NCBI GenBank assembly: GCA_905181735.1
Contig: CAJIYR010000004.1
Location: 1,225-65,224 of the forward strand
Source: an uncultured Hyphomicrobiales bacterium
GTDB taxonomy: Bacteria > Pseudomonadota > Alphaproteobacteria > Rhizobiales > TMED25
DNA length: 64,000 nt
Direction: 5' to 3'
Positions 12,022-21,740 of this stretch are shown here, piece by piece (the first letter of the stretch is position 1; every line of letters starts with the position of its first letter). The notes under the pieces are model-generated. The model did no database searches and had not been told where the DNA came from. It worked only from the letters and a program-made list of their open reading frames with translations. The translations under genes were made by a program, and so were the position numbers.

Positions 12022-12993
12022 ATGAAAAAAATAATTATTGAAAATTTTGGTGGTACAGAAAAATTAGAATTAAAAGATATTGAAAAAATTATTCCCAAAA
12101 AAAATGAAGTATCAATTGCTCATAAAGCAATAGGTGTTAATTATATCGATATTTATCAGAGATCTGGAATCTATCCAATCAACTTACCTAGTGGACTGGG
12201 ATTAGAAGCATCGGGTATCGTTGAATCTATAGGGGAGGATGTTAAGAATATAAAAATTGGGGATAGGGTCTGTTATTGCAACGGTCCAGTTGGTGCATAC
12301 GCTACACATAATAATGTTCCAGAACAACTTGTTTTAAAATTACCGGAAGAAATAAGCTTTTCAACTGCAGCAGGCAGTTTATTAAAGGGTTTAACTACCT
12401 ATTTTCTTCTTAACGAAGTATTCAAAGTTAAAAAAGAACATACGATATTATTTCATGCTGTTGCAGGTGGAGTTGGGTCCATCGCTGTTCCTTGGGCAAA
12501 AGCAATTGGCGCAAAAATAATTGGCACCGTTGGTAGCGATGAAAAAAAAATATACGCAGAACAAAGAGGTTGCGATCACGTAATAAATTATAACAAAGTA
12601 TCTTTTAAGGAAAAAGTACTAGAGATAACCAATAATGATGGCGTACCTGTTGCATATGACTCTATTGGCAAAGTAACGGTTAATGACTCACTTGATTGTT
12701 TGTCAAAAAGAGGCCTATTGGTAAGTTTTGGAAATGCATCTGGAGTTGTAGACCCAATTAACATATTGGATTTAATGAAAAAAGGATCTTTGTACGTAAC
12801 ACGACCTACTCTTTTTGATTATGTTAAAACCAGGAAAGAGTTGGAAAATGCTTCTAGTGAATTTTTTAAGATGTTGATAGATAAAAAAATAACGATTGAT
12901 ATAAATCAAGAGTTTAAATTGTCAGAAGTTGGAAAAGCCCAAGAATCTATTACAAATCGTAATACAAAAGGCGTGACAATACTAATTCCTTAA
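12022..12993 (+). CDS. qor: NADPH:quinone oxidoreductase (zeta-crystallin family)
   Basis: AIGVNYIDIY.RSG.YP, AGGVGS, SFGNASG, KGSLYVTRP. Start placed at ATG 12022 (12016 possible) rather than the ORF-track 11965. Confidence 0.9.
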   Translation: MKKIIIENFGGTEKLELKDIEKIIPKKNEVSIAHKAIGVNYIDIYQRSGIYPINLPSGLGLEASGIVESIGEDVKNIKIGDRVCYCNGPVGAYATHNNVPEQLVLKLPEEISFSTAAGSLLKGLTTYFLLNEVFKVKKEHTILFHAVAGGVGSIAVPWAKAIGAKIIGTVGSDEKKIYAEQRGCDHVINYNKVSFKEKVLEITNNDGVPVAYDSIGKVTVNDSLDCLSKRGLLVSFGNASGVVDPINILDLMKKGSLYVTRPTLFDYVKTRKELENASSEFFKMLIDKKITIDINQEFKLSEVGKAQESITNRNTKGVTILIP

Positions 12994-12996
12994 GCA

Positions 12997-14307
12997 TTAA
13001 GTATTCATAGAATCAAAGAATTCATCGTTGGTTTTTGTATTATTCAATTTATCAATTAAAAATTCAATTGCATCTGTAGTGCCCATAGGATTTAAAATTC
13101 TTCTTAAGACAAACATTTTCTTAAGAGTTGCGCTATCCGTTAGCAATTCTTCTTTTCTCGTACCCGATCTCAAGATATCCATAGAAGGAAACACGCGTTT
13201 ATCCGATACCTTGCGATCTAATATTATTTCAGAGTTACCTGTCCCTTTGAATTCTTCAAATATAACTTCATCCATTCTACTGCCTGTGTCAATTAATGCG
13301 GTTGAGATTATAGTCAAGGAACCACCTTCTTCAATATTTCTAGCCGCTCCAAAAAATCTTTTTGGTCTCTGTAGTGCGTTAGCATCTACGCCACCAGTTA
13401 AGACTTTTCCAGATGAAGGAACAACTGTGTTGTAGGCTCTTCCTAATCTCGTTATTGAATCTAGTAATATTACTACATCTCTACCATGCTCCACTAACCT
13501 TTTTGCTTTTTCTATAACCATCTCTGCAACTTGAACGTGTCTCGATGCAGGTTCGTCGAATGTTGATGATATAACCTCACCTTTAACAGAACGTTGCATA
13601 TCAGTAACTTCTTCGGGTCTTTCATCAATTAGCAAAACTATTACATAACACTCTGGGTGGTTGGTTGTTATTGAGTGGGCTATGTTTTGTAACAAAACTG
13701 TTTTACCTGTCCTTGGTGGAGCTACAATGAGGCCCCTTTGACCTTTTCCTAACGGTGCAACTATATCTATTATTCTAGCGCTTTGATCTTTAATTGTAGG
13801 ATCATCAACTTCCATCTTGAGACGTTCATCAGGATATAAGGGTGTTAGGTTTTCAAAATTTATTTTATGACGTGCTTTTTCTGGGTTTTCAAAATTTATA
13901 GTATTTACTTTAAGAAGCGCAAAGTACCTTTCTCCATCTTTTGGTCCTCTTATTTCCCCTTCAATAGTGTCACCCGTCCTTAATGTAAACCTACGAATCT
14001 GACTTGGACTAACATATATATCATCTGGACCAGGTAAATAATTAGCATCTGGAGATCTAACGAAACCAAAGCCATCCTGCAATACCTCAACAACACCACT
14101 ACCGATAATTGTTATGTCTTTTTCTGCTAAACTTTTTAATATAGCAAACATTAACTCTTGTTTTCGTAAAGTACTTGCGTTTTCAATTTTTTGCTCTTCA
14201 GCAAAAGCAAGCAATTCCGCTGGTTTTTTATCTTTCAAAGTTTGAAGCTTAACTTCTTTTTTATTTTCAATATCTGTTGGTGTGTTCATATCTGTTGGTG
14301 TGTTCAT
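12997..14307 (-). CDS. rho: transcription termination factor Rho
   Basis: [46 protein letters not shown]. Confidence 0.99.
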   Translation of the reverse strand: MNTPTDMNTPTDIENKKEVKLQTLKDKKPAELLAFAEEQKIENASTLRKQELMFAILKSLAEKDITIIGSGVVEVLQDGFGFVRSPDANYLPGPDDIYVSPSQIRRFTLRTGDTIEGEIRGPKDGERYFALLKVNTINFENPEKARHKINFENLTPLYPDERLKMEVDDPTIKDQSARIIDIVAPLGKGQRGLIVAPPRTGKTVLLQNIAHSITTNHPECYVIVLLIDERPEEVTDMQRSVKGEVISSTFDEPASRHVQVAEMVIEKAKRLVEHGRDVVILLDSITRLGRAYNTVVPSSGKVLTGGVDANALQRPKRFFGAARNIEEGGSLTIISTALIDTGSRMDEVIFEEFKGTGNSEIILDRKVSDKRVFPSMDILRSGTRKEELLTDSATLKKMFVLRRILNPMGTTDAIEFLIDKLNNTKTNDEFFDSMNT

Positions 14308-14309
14308 AT
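14270..14309. repeat. 18-bp tandem duplication (2.2 copies) at the rho start
   Basis: ATATCTGTTGGTGTGTTC x2 plus ATAT; translates as [12 protein letters not shown]. Confidence 0.95.
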
Positions 14310-14400
14310 TATAATTGGAGAAATTTTTGAAATTAGAAAGGATTATTGTCAGTATTTAGCATATATATTAAAAAATAACAATTTATATATATAAATTCTT

Positions 14401-14844
14401 TTAGAAAGGTTTTACGATAACTAAAAAAATAATAATCACCATTATTAGTGTGGGTATTTCATTTAGATATTTATAATATTTTTCTGAATTTATATTTTTA
14501 TTGTTAGCAAATAATCTTAACTTTTTTAATAAAATACCATGACAAGCAGATAAAATTATTACTATTAAAAACTTTATATGAAACCATATATCTGAAGAAA
14601 AATTAATTGCATTAAAATAAAAAATAAGAATTAAACCAAAAAACCAAGACGCTATCATTGCAGGGGTCATAATATAATAAGCTAAACGATACTCCATTGT
14701 TTTGAAAATTGCAGATGTTTCACTATCTGGTTTCACTTTTGTATGATAAACAAAAATTCTTGGTAAATACAACATAGCACATAACCAAGAAATTACTGAA
14801 ATAATATGAAGTGCTTTTGTATATAAATAAAAATTATCAAACAT
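14401..14844 (-). CDS. hemJ: protoporphyrinogen IX oxidase HemJ
   Basis: KALHIISVISW, YLPRIFVYH, IMTPAM, NEIPT. Confidence 0.93.
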   Translation of the reverse strand: MFDNFYLYTKALHIISVISWLCAMLYLPRIFVYHTKVKPDSETSAIFKTMEYRLAYYIMTPAMIASWFFGLILIFYFNAINFSSDIWFHIKFLIVIILSACHGILLKKLRLFANNKNINSEKYYKYLNEIPTLIMVIIIFLVIVKPF

Positions 14845-15876
14845 TTATTTTCTTTTATATTTTCTTACTATATCAACAAATTCAGATACATGATTTATTG
14901 GAGTATCTTTTAATACCCCATGACCAAGTCCCATTATAAACGAATAATCACTAAATGTATCTAATGTTTTAATAATATCATTTTTCATTGTATCTCCACC
15001 TAATTTTAAAACTTCAGGTGAAACATTTCCTTGAATTACTGTTAGTTTTTGTAATGTATTTTTACAATATAACATATCAAGATCAGGATCTATTGCAACA
15101 GCATCAACTTGAGTTTCTTTAATGTAGTCCTCATAAAAATAACCAGCATTCTTTGGAAAACCAATTATTTTAACATCTGGAAATTTCTTTTTAACATTTT
15201 TTACAATTTGATAAGTAGGTTTGATAACCCAATTATCAAAGTCATTTTTATTCAAAACACCAGACCAAGTATCAAATATTTTAATTATATCAGCACCTGC
15301 TTCAACTTGCATAATCAAATATTCAGAAGAAATTTCAACTAATAAATTTATCATTTCCATGAAATATTCGTAGTTATCATGTGCCCATTTGATACATTTT
15401 TCGTAAGAATTAGTAGTTCCACCGTTTATTATATAAGTAGATACAGTCCAAGGTGCACCACAAAAACCAATTAATGATTTATTTTTATCTAACTTACCCC
15501 TTGTTAAAGAAATCGTTTCTCCAATATTAATTAAAGGTGATTTTTTTACCTCCTTATATAAGATATTTATCTTTTTATTAATCAAACAATTTTCTATTAC
15601 AGGGCCTTTTTTTTCATTAAAATCAAGCTTAAAACCAAGATTTTCAATAATTAATAGAATGTCAGCGAATATTATAGCTGCATCAAAATCAAATCTATCA
15701 ATAGGTTGTAATGTTACTTTTGAAGCAAGTTTTGGAGAATAACATAAATTTAAAAAACTACCAGATTCAGCTCTAATTTGACGATATTCCGGCAAGTACC
15801 GACCGGCTTGTCTCATTAGCCATATAGGTGGAGGGTTAATTATTTTACCGGATATAACTTTATTAAGTATAGTCAT
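14845..15876 (-). CDS. hemE: uroporphyrinogen decarboxylase
   Basis: PIWLMRQAGRYLPEY, DAAIIFADIL, IGFCGAPWT, LGHGV. Confidence 0.97.
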   Translation of the reverse strand: MTILNKVISGKIINPPPIWLMRQAGRYLPEYRQIRAESGSFLNLCYSPKLASKVTLQPIDRFDFDAAIIFADILLIIENLGFKLDFNEKKGPVIENCLINKKINILYKEVKKSPLINIGETISLTRGKLDKNKSLIGFCGAPWTVSTYIINGGTTNSYEKCIKWAHDNYEYFMEMINLLVEISSEYLIMQVEAGADIIKIFDTWSGVLNKNDFDNWVIKPTYQIVKNVKKKFPDVKIIGFPKNAGYFYEDYIKETQVDAVAIDPDLDMLYCKNTLQKLTVIQGNVSPEVLKLGGDTMKNDIIKTLDTFSDYSFIMGLGHGVLKDTPINHVSEFVDIVRKYKRK

Positions 15877-16258
15877 TTCAATAATATAATAATATTATAA
15901 TTGTTGTTGTTGTTACTCTGTGCATTATGGGTATTATTTTTTATTAACAGTTTTATAAGATTATAATATCAGTAAATAATTTTATTCATAATAATTATAC
16001 ATATTTCTAAACATTATTATTAATTATACCTATAATAACATGTTTTTATTAGTTTATTAGTTTATTTATTTGTTATTATTAATGTGGATATCATTGTTAA
16101 CATCTGTGTGTAATTATTATTAATAAAATTAATAATAACCCTGTTAATAAAGATATTAACAGGGTACCTAATGTGTAAAAAAAAACTAACAAGTAGGACA
16201 GGTTTTATTAAAATATGAAATATCTTAGTTTATACACAAAATTGCAAAGTTATTAACA
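15877..16258. other. probable chromosomal replication origin (oriC)
   Basis: 382-bp very AT-rich gap between divergent hemE and PDRP, the usual alphaproteobacterial oriC location. DnaA boxes TTATACACA (16230-16238), TGTGTAAAA (16172-16180) and TGTGGATAT (16083-16091), plus several near matches. Spot checks show C>G to the left and G>C to the right; parS/parAB/gidA are nearby. Confidence 0.85.
16138..16165. repeat. perfect 12-bp inverted repeat in oriC
   Basis: ACCCTGTTAATA-aaga-TATTAACAGGGT. Confidence 0.9.
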
Positions 16259-17101
16259 ATGGAAAAAATAATGAATGCTTGTTTTCATATCCATTTAGTT
16301 AGCGATTCAACAGGAGAAACACTAAACGTTGTTTCAAAAGCCGTTGTTGTTCAATACCGGGATATAGACTCTATAGAACATGTTTATCCATTAGTTAGAA
16401 GCGTTAAGCAACTAGATAGTGTAATAAAATGTATAGAAAAAGAACCTGGAATTGTTCTTTTTACCCTTTCTAATCTTGATCTTAGAAGAAAATTAGAGGT
16501 TGTTTGTAAAAAACTAAATTTACCAGTAGTTGCCCCGTTAGATAAAGTGCATGAAGTATTAAATTCATATATTGATGCAGAATGGTCTCCCATTATTGGA
16601 GCTCAACACGTTCTGGATACAGAGTATTTTAAAAGAATAGAAGCAATGAACTACACCATGGCTAATGACGACGGTCGGTTGACAGGTAATTTAAATGAAG
16701 CTGATATAATCCTAGTTGGCGTAAGCAGAACATCAAAAACACCAACCAGTATATATTTGGCAAATCATGGGATGAAAACCGCTAATGTGCCTTTTGTATT
16801 AGATATTCCTCTACCGGATGATTTAGAACAATTAAAAGAACCGTTAATTATAGGTTTAATAGCTAGTCCAGAAAGAATTGTACAAATTAGAAAAAATAGA
16901 TTGGTATCACTTAATGCTGGTCATGATTCTGATTATGTAGATAAAGATGTTGTTTCAAGAGAGATGATTCTCGCAAAAAGGTTATTTGCAAAAAATAATT
17001 GGCCTATAATTGATGTGACACGAAGATCAATAGAAGAAACAGCAGCATCAATTATGAATTATCATAGATCTAGAAAAAATGAACAAAATGATAAACTATA
17101 A
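16259..17101 (+). CDS. pyruvate phosphate dikinase / PEP synthase regulatory protein (DUF299, PDRP)
   Basis: VSDSTGET, YFKRIEA, GVSRTSKTP, DVTRRSIEETA. Start could be ATG 16271. Confidence 0.93.
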   Translation: MEKIMNACFHIHLVSDSTGETLNVVSKAVVVQYRDIDSIEHVYPLVRSVKQLDSVIKCIEKEPGIVLFTLSNLDLRRKLEVVCKKLNLPVVAPLDKVHEVLNSYIDAEWSPIIGAQHVLDTEYFKRIEAMNYTMANDDGRLTGNLNEADIILVGVSRTSKTPTSIYLANHGMKTANVPFVLDIPLPDDLEQLKEPLIIGLIASPERIVQIRKNRLVSLNAGHDSDYVDKDVVSREMILAKRLFAKNNWPIIDVTRRSIEETAASIMNYHRSRKNEQNDKL

Positions 17102-17693
17102 AATTATTTTAGCATCAAAAAGTTCTATAAGAATAAAGATCTTAAAAAATGCTGGGATCATTTTTAAGCCTGTTGATTCAATGATAGATGAACGTTTAAT
17201 ACAAAAAAAATACCAAGAAAGCGAACAATTTCAAGTTAAAGATCTTGCCCTTGCTTTAGCTGAAGAAAAAGCAAGGGTTGTATCTGGTAATTACCCTGAC
17301 AAGTTAGTCATAGGTTGTGATCAGATGCTAGAATGTGATGATGAAATTTTTTATAAACCACAAGATAGAAAAAGCGTATTGATTGATTTAAAAAAGCTAA
17401 AAGGGAAAAAACATAATCTAATCACCTCAAATGTATGTGTTTTAAATTCAGTAAAAATCTGGCAACACACTGAAATTAGTAAAATGTATATGAGAAATTT
17501 TACGAACGAATTCATTGAATTGTATATTGCATCAATGAAAGATAAAATTAATAAAGTCGTAGCAGGATATGAAATAGAAGGTCTTGGTATTCAATTGTTT
17601 AAAAAAATAGATGGCGATTTTTTTTCAATTCAAGGTATATCATTATTTCAATTACTAAAGTTCTTGCGGCAATCAGGATATGTTAAAAAATGA
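17079..17693 (+). CDS. maf: Maf-family nucleoside triphosphate pyrophosphatase
   Basis: IILASKSSIR, IDER, LAEEKA, IGCDQ, YEIEGLG. Confidence 0.9.
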   Translation: MNKMINYKIILASKSSIRIKILKNAGIIFKPVDSMIDERLIQKKYQESEQFQVKDLALALAEEKARVVSGNYPDKLVIGCDQMLECDDEIFYKPQDRKSVLIDLKKLKGKKHNLITSNVCVLNSVKIWQHTEISKMYMRNFTNEFIELYIASMKDKINKVVAGYEIEGLGIQLFKKIDGDFFSIQGISLFQLLKFLRQSGYVKK

Positions 17694-18280
17694 TTGTATT
17701 AGGTTTAACAGGATCTATTGGTATGGGCAAGACTACGGTAGCAAAGTTATTTGCGGACCTGGATGTTCCTGTTTTTAACTCTGATGAGGCTGTTAACTTA
17801 ATATATATGAAGAATCCTGATGTTTTAAAGTTTATAAAAGACAACTTTATTGAGTATGAAAATGATATAATTTGTAAAAAAAGAATTTCCGAAATCGTAT
17901 TTAACGATAAAAAAAAGTTAGCAATTTTAGAAAAATTTATACACCCTTTGGTTAGAGAAAAGCAGATTAATTTTATTAATGAGTCAAAAAAAAAGAAAAA
18001 ACCATTAATTATTATTGAAATACCTTTATTATACGAAGTTGGAGTTCATAATTTTATAGATTTTAGTATAGTAGTAACAGCGCCTTTTGAAATACAAAAA
18101 TCGAGAGTTCTGCAACGCAAAGATATGAGTGAAAAGAAATTTTTAAATATTTTAGATAGACAAATGCCTGATAGAGAAAAATGTGCGAAAGCAGATTATA
18201 TTATTAATAATTTAGAAATAGAGGCAACAAAGAAACAAGTTGTTAATCTCTGTAATAAAATTCTAAATAGTATAAAGTAA
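17690..18280 (+). CDS. coaE: dephospho-CoA kinase
   Basis: GLTGSIGMGKTT, IHPLV, EIPLLYE, RQMP. Confidence 0.95.
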   Translation: MIVLGLTGSIGMGKTTVAKLFADLDVPVFNSDEAVNLIYMKNPDVLKFIKDNFIEYENDIICKKRISEIVFNDKKKLAILEKFIHPLVREKQINFINESKKKKKPLIIIEIPLLYEVGVHNFIDFSIVVTAPFEIQKSRVLQRKDMSEKKFLNILDRQMPDREKCAKADYIINNLEIEATKKQVVNLCNKILNSIK

Positions 18281-18286
18281 TATTTA

Positions 18287-18970
18287 ATGAGAGAAATAGT
18301 ACTAGATACAGAAACAACTGGGTTAGATCCAAAAAAAGGCGATAAAGTTGTAGAGATAGCCTGTATTGAATTAATTAATCATATACCGACTGGCAAGGGT
18401 TACCAAGCATATATAAATCCAATGCGCGATATGCCTGAAGGTGCATTTAAGGTACACGGATTAACAGAAGAATTTTTATCAGATAAACCGGTGTTTGGAG
18501 AGGTTGTTGAGGAATTTTTATCTTTTATAGAAGATTCAATTTTATTAATTCATAATGCTAAGTTTGATATAAATTTTTTAAATCATGAGCTTACTTTAAT
18601 AGGATTAAAGAAATTAAAATTTGAACGTGTAATAGATACTTTGCAAATAGCAAGAGAGAAGCACCCAGGTTCACCAAATAACCTCGATGCATTATGCAGG
18701 AGATATAGTGTAGATAATAATAAAAGAGATTATCATGATGCACGTTTAGATTGCGAATTATTAGCTGAAGTATATATGGAATTAATAGGAGGTCGTCAGC
18801 ACGGTCTCTTACTTGATAAAGAAACTGAAGAAAAAACCCAAATAACTAATGTTACAAGAAATAAAAGAATAAAAGAATTGCCTACAAGATTAAGCTCAGT
18901 AGATATAGAGAAACATAAATTATATATTAAATCAATGCATGATAAGCCGCTCTGGAATAGTTATGATTAA
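18287..18970 (+). CDS. dnaQ: DNA polymerase III subunit epsilon
   Basis: DTETTG, HNAKFD, LDALC, HDARLD, LAEVY.EL.GG.Q. Confidence 0.97.
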   Translation: MREIVLDTETTGLDPKKGDKVVEIACIELINHIPTGKGYQAYINPMRDMPEGAFKVHGLTEEFLSDKPVFGEVVEEFLSFIEDSILLIHNAKFDINFLNHELTLIGLKKLKFERVIDTLQIAREKHPGSPNNLDALCRRYSVDNNKRDYHDARLDCELLAEVYMELIGGRQHGLLLDKETEEKTQITNVTRNKRIKELPTRLSSVDIEKHKLYIKSMHDKPLWNSYD

Positions 18971-18971
18971 T

Positions 18972-19415
18972 TTAGCTGTTAAGGCGACTAGGAATATTGT
19001 TTCTATATAACTCAAGGAAATCTATTGGTTCGATGTATAGTGGAGGGAAGCCCCCATCTCTAACTAAATCAGCTAAAATTCTTCGCGCGAATGGAAAAAT
19101 CATTCTTGCGCCATCAACTAAAACAATAAAAGATTTTTGGTTCACATCAACATTGATTAACTCTATCACACCGGCGTAAACAAGTTCGGCAATGAAAACT
19201 ATTTCATTATTTTTTTTTGCTTGCGCGTTTATTGTTAATTCAATTTCAAATACATTCTTATCATTATTAATTGAGATAGCATTCACGTTAACACCAACAC
19301 TGATATTTGGATTGCCGATAAGATGGGGAAGTGTATTCGGAGCTTTTGAATTTTCAAAAGATAAATCTTTAATGTACTGGCTTAAACACTTAAAATTACT
19401 TTGAACTTTTTCCAT
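18972..19415 (-). CDS. secB: protein-export chaperone SecB
   Basis: QYIKDLSFE, FPFAR, GGFPPL..PIDF. Confidence 0.95.
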   Translation of the reverse strand: MEKVQSNFKCLSQYIKDLSFENSKAPNTLPHLIGNPNISVGVNVNAISINNDKNVFEIELTINAQAKKNNEIVFIAELVYAGVIELINVDVNQKSFIVLVDGARMIFPFARRILADLVRDGGFPPLYIEPIDFLELYRNNIPSRLNS

Positions 19416-19429
19416 GATATTTCTATATG

Positions 19430-19870
19430 TTATTTTAGTTTTTTAATTTTATCACATTCACTATCTTCGTCAACTACAGTATAGTCTATATCTATAAAAT
19501 CTGAATTATTTGTTCTGTCTCTTTTTTTTATAATTTTTGCTAATAAATACTTCCTAATGATTTTTATTAGCAGTACAAAACCTATGATATCGGTTATAAA
19601 ACCAGGAAAAATTAGTAAAACACCAGACACAGGTAGAAATAAAACCTCTAAAAATTCAGTTAATTTTTCTTGGTTATTTGTATTTTTTTTATTTAAACTA
19701 GCTATGATATCAATAAATTGTTTTTTTATTAAAAAAAATCCAAGGATTCCTGTTGTTATTATAAAAAACAATGTTATTACAAAGCCTATTGAATTGCTAA
19801 TCGTATTAAATAAGCCTACTTCAAAATATATGATTGATAGGATTAATGTAAAAAAAATAAATAATTTCAT
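19430..19870 (-). CDS. fxsA: FxsA family membrane protein
   Basis: Hydrophobic, with GVLLIFPGFITDIIG and acidic DIDY tail; adjacent to secB. Confidence 0.85.
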   Translation of the reverse strand: MKLFIFFTLILSIIYFEVGLFNTISNSIGFVITLFFIITTGILGFFLIKKQFIDIIASLNKKNTNNQEKLTEFLEVLFLPVSGVLLIFPGFITDIIGFVLLIKIIRKYLLAKIIKKRDRTNNSDFIDIDYTVVDEDSECDKIKKLK

Positions 19871-19971
19871 AGTTTAAGCTTATATAATATTTATCAATAA
19901 TTACATATTATAGGCTATTATGAATTTTCAATATATAATTAATGTACTTAATTTTAAAAAAGAGATGAGTA

Positions 19972-20637
19972 ATGATTGAAAATATAATCCTTCTTGTAGT
20001 TGTGGTAATAATTTTTATAGCCTTATTTAATAATTTGGGACGCCGAACAGGTAATGAACAGAAAAGAACTAATATATATAACTTTAGTAATAAAAAACCG
20101 GAAATCATAGATATGAGTGAAGGCGATCTTACTATAACTACTGAAATCTCTGACAATAAAGAAAATGAAATAAATAAGAATTCATTATTAGAAGATCAAA
20201 TTATAGAAATATCAAAATTTGATGATAACTTTACTGTGAATATATTTTGTGATGGAGCAAAAACTGCATATGAAATGGTTTTAGTAGCTTACGCAGAAGA
20301 GAATTACAATACATTAAATAATTTGCTTAACGAAGATATGAGAATTACATTTACCGATGCAATTGAAAAAAGAAAAAGTAAGAATGAATTATTAGAATAT
20401 ACATTAATCAGAGTATTATCTAGTGAGGTTTTATCTATCGAATTAAAATTAAATACTGCACAGATAGCGGTTAAATTAGTTGCTGAAATTGGTTCATTGT
20501 TAACACACGAAGTTGTAAATGAAAATAATTTAGATAAAATTCAAGAATATAAGAAAACTGAAGTTTGGATTTTTGAAAAAAATATGAAATCAAAAAATCC
20601 TAATTGGAAAGTGATAGCTATAAAATCATCTCACTAA
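19972..20637 (+). CDS. Tim44/TimA family protein
   Basis: N-terminal TM helix, then LGRRTG, F..GAK.AYEMV..AY and W.F......PNW. Confidence 0.88.
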   Translation: MIENIILLVVVVIIFIALFNNLGRRTGNEQKRTNIYNFSNKKPEIIDMSEGDLTITTEISDNKENEINKNSLLEDQIIEISKFDDNFTVNIFCDGAKTAYEMVLVAYAEENYNTLNNLLNEDMRITFTDAIEKRKSKNELLEYTLIRVLSSEVLSIELKLNTAQIAVKLVAEIGSLLTHEVVNENNLDKIQEYKKTEVWIFEKNMKSKNPNWKVIAIKSSH

Positions 20638-20663
20638 AATAAACATTATTTTAAATAAAAGAA

Positions 20664-21740
20664 ATGATAAATAATTTTAACAAGCATTTTAAAAAAATCT
20701 CTTTTAGAGAAATTAATGGCTGGGATGATGATAATCATATTGAGGCCTATGAAGCTCTTAAAAAAGGAATAATTTTTCAGTATAATAATTTTCCTAAATC
20801 TAAAAAATTACATATTTTATTAAATAAAATAAGTAATACAGAAAACCCAAAACATTTTTTTGAAAAAAATTATATACCCTTTAAATCTTTTAATTGGGAT
20901 AATAAAGAAAGTTTGTTTACTGGCTATTATGAGCCACATTTAAAATCATCTCGTGTTAGATCTGATGAATATTATATACCATTATATTCTATGCCAAAGA
21001 ATCTAATTAAATGCGAAAATAACGAAAAAAAATACAATAAAATTTCTGGATATACACACTTATTAAAAATTGATAAAAAATTTATAATTCCTCCAACGAG
21101 AGAAATGATTAATAATTATAATCTTGAAGAAACCAAAGTTTTAGCTTGGTTAAAAGACCCCATAGAAGCATATTTTATGCACATACAGGGATCGGGTAAA
21201 TTGATATTTACGGACGGGTCTTCTGAAAGATTTACATATGCAGCTAAAAATGGATTTCCATATACCTCTATAGGCAAAGTTTTGGTATCTCTTGGCTATA
21301 TTGATGAAGAAGAGATTTCAATGAACACTATAAAAAGTTGGTTAAAAAATAATCCAAATAAAATAAATGATATTTTAAATAGAAATAAATCATATATTTT
21401 TTTTAAACAGATCGTAAGTGAAAATAATAATTATCATACCATAGGACAAACTGGGATAGAATTATCTTCTAAAAGATCGCTTGCAATCGATTTGTCTATT
21501 TATGACATTAACACACCAATTTGGCTTGAAACAAAAATACCTTCACAGAAAATAGATTCAGTAGAAAAATTTCAAAGGTTGATGATTGGTCAAGATACGG
21601 GATCGGCAATAAAAGGGTTTATAAGAGGTGATATATTTTTTGGATCTGGTCATAAAGCGGGACAAATAGCTGGTAACATGAAAGAAAAAGGGAATATAAT
21701 AATATTTTTATTAAAAGATGAAATAAGGTCCTATGGTTAA
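20664..21740 (+). CDS. mltA: lytic murein transglycosylase A
   Basis: FTGYYEP, IQGSG, NGFPYTSIG, QDTGSAIKG..RGDIFFGSG. Confidence 0.92.
   Translation: MINNFNKHFKKISFREINGWDDDNHIEAYEALKKGIIFQYNNFPKSKKLHILLNKISNTENPKHFFEKNYIPFKSFNWDNKESLFTGYYEPHLKSSRVRSDEYYIPLYSMPKNLIKCENNEKKYNKISGYTHLLKIDKKFIIPPTREMINNYNLEETKVLAWLKDPIEAYFMHIQGSGKLIFTDGSSERFTYAAKNGFPYTSIGKVLVSLGYIDEEEISMNTIKSWLKNNPNKINDILNRNKSYIFFKQIVSENNNYHTIGQTGIELSSKRSLAIDLSIYDINTPIWLETKIPSQKIDSVEKFQRLMIGQDTGSAIKGFIRGDIFFGSGHKAGQIAGNMKEKGNIIIFLLKDEIRSYG

Noticed and set aside
16120-16159. Possible CtrA sites in oriC
   Set aside because: The TTAA pairs I checked are spaced by 5 or 8 bp, not 7.
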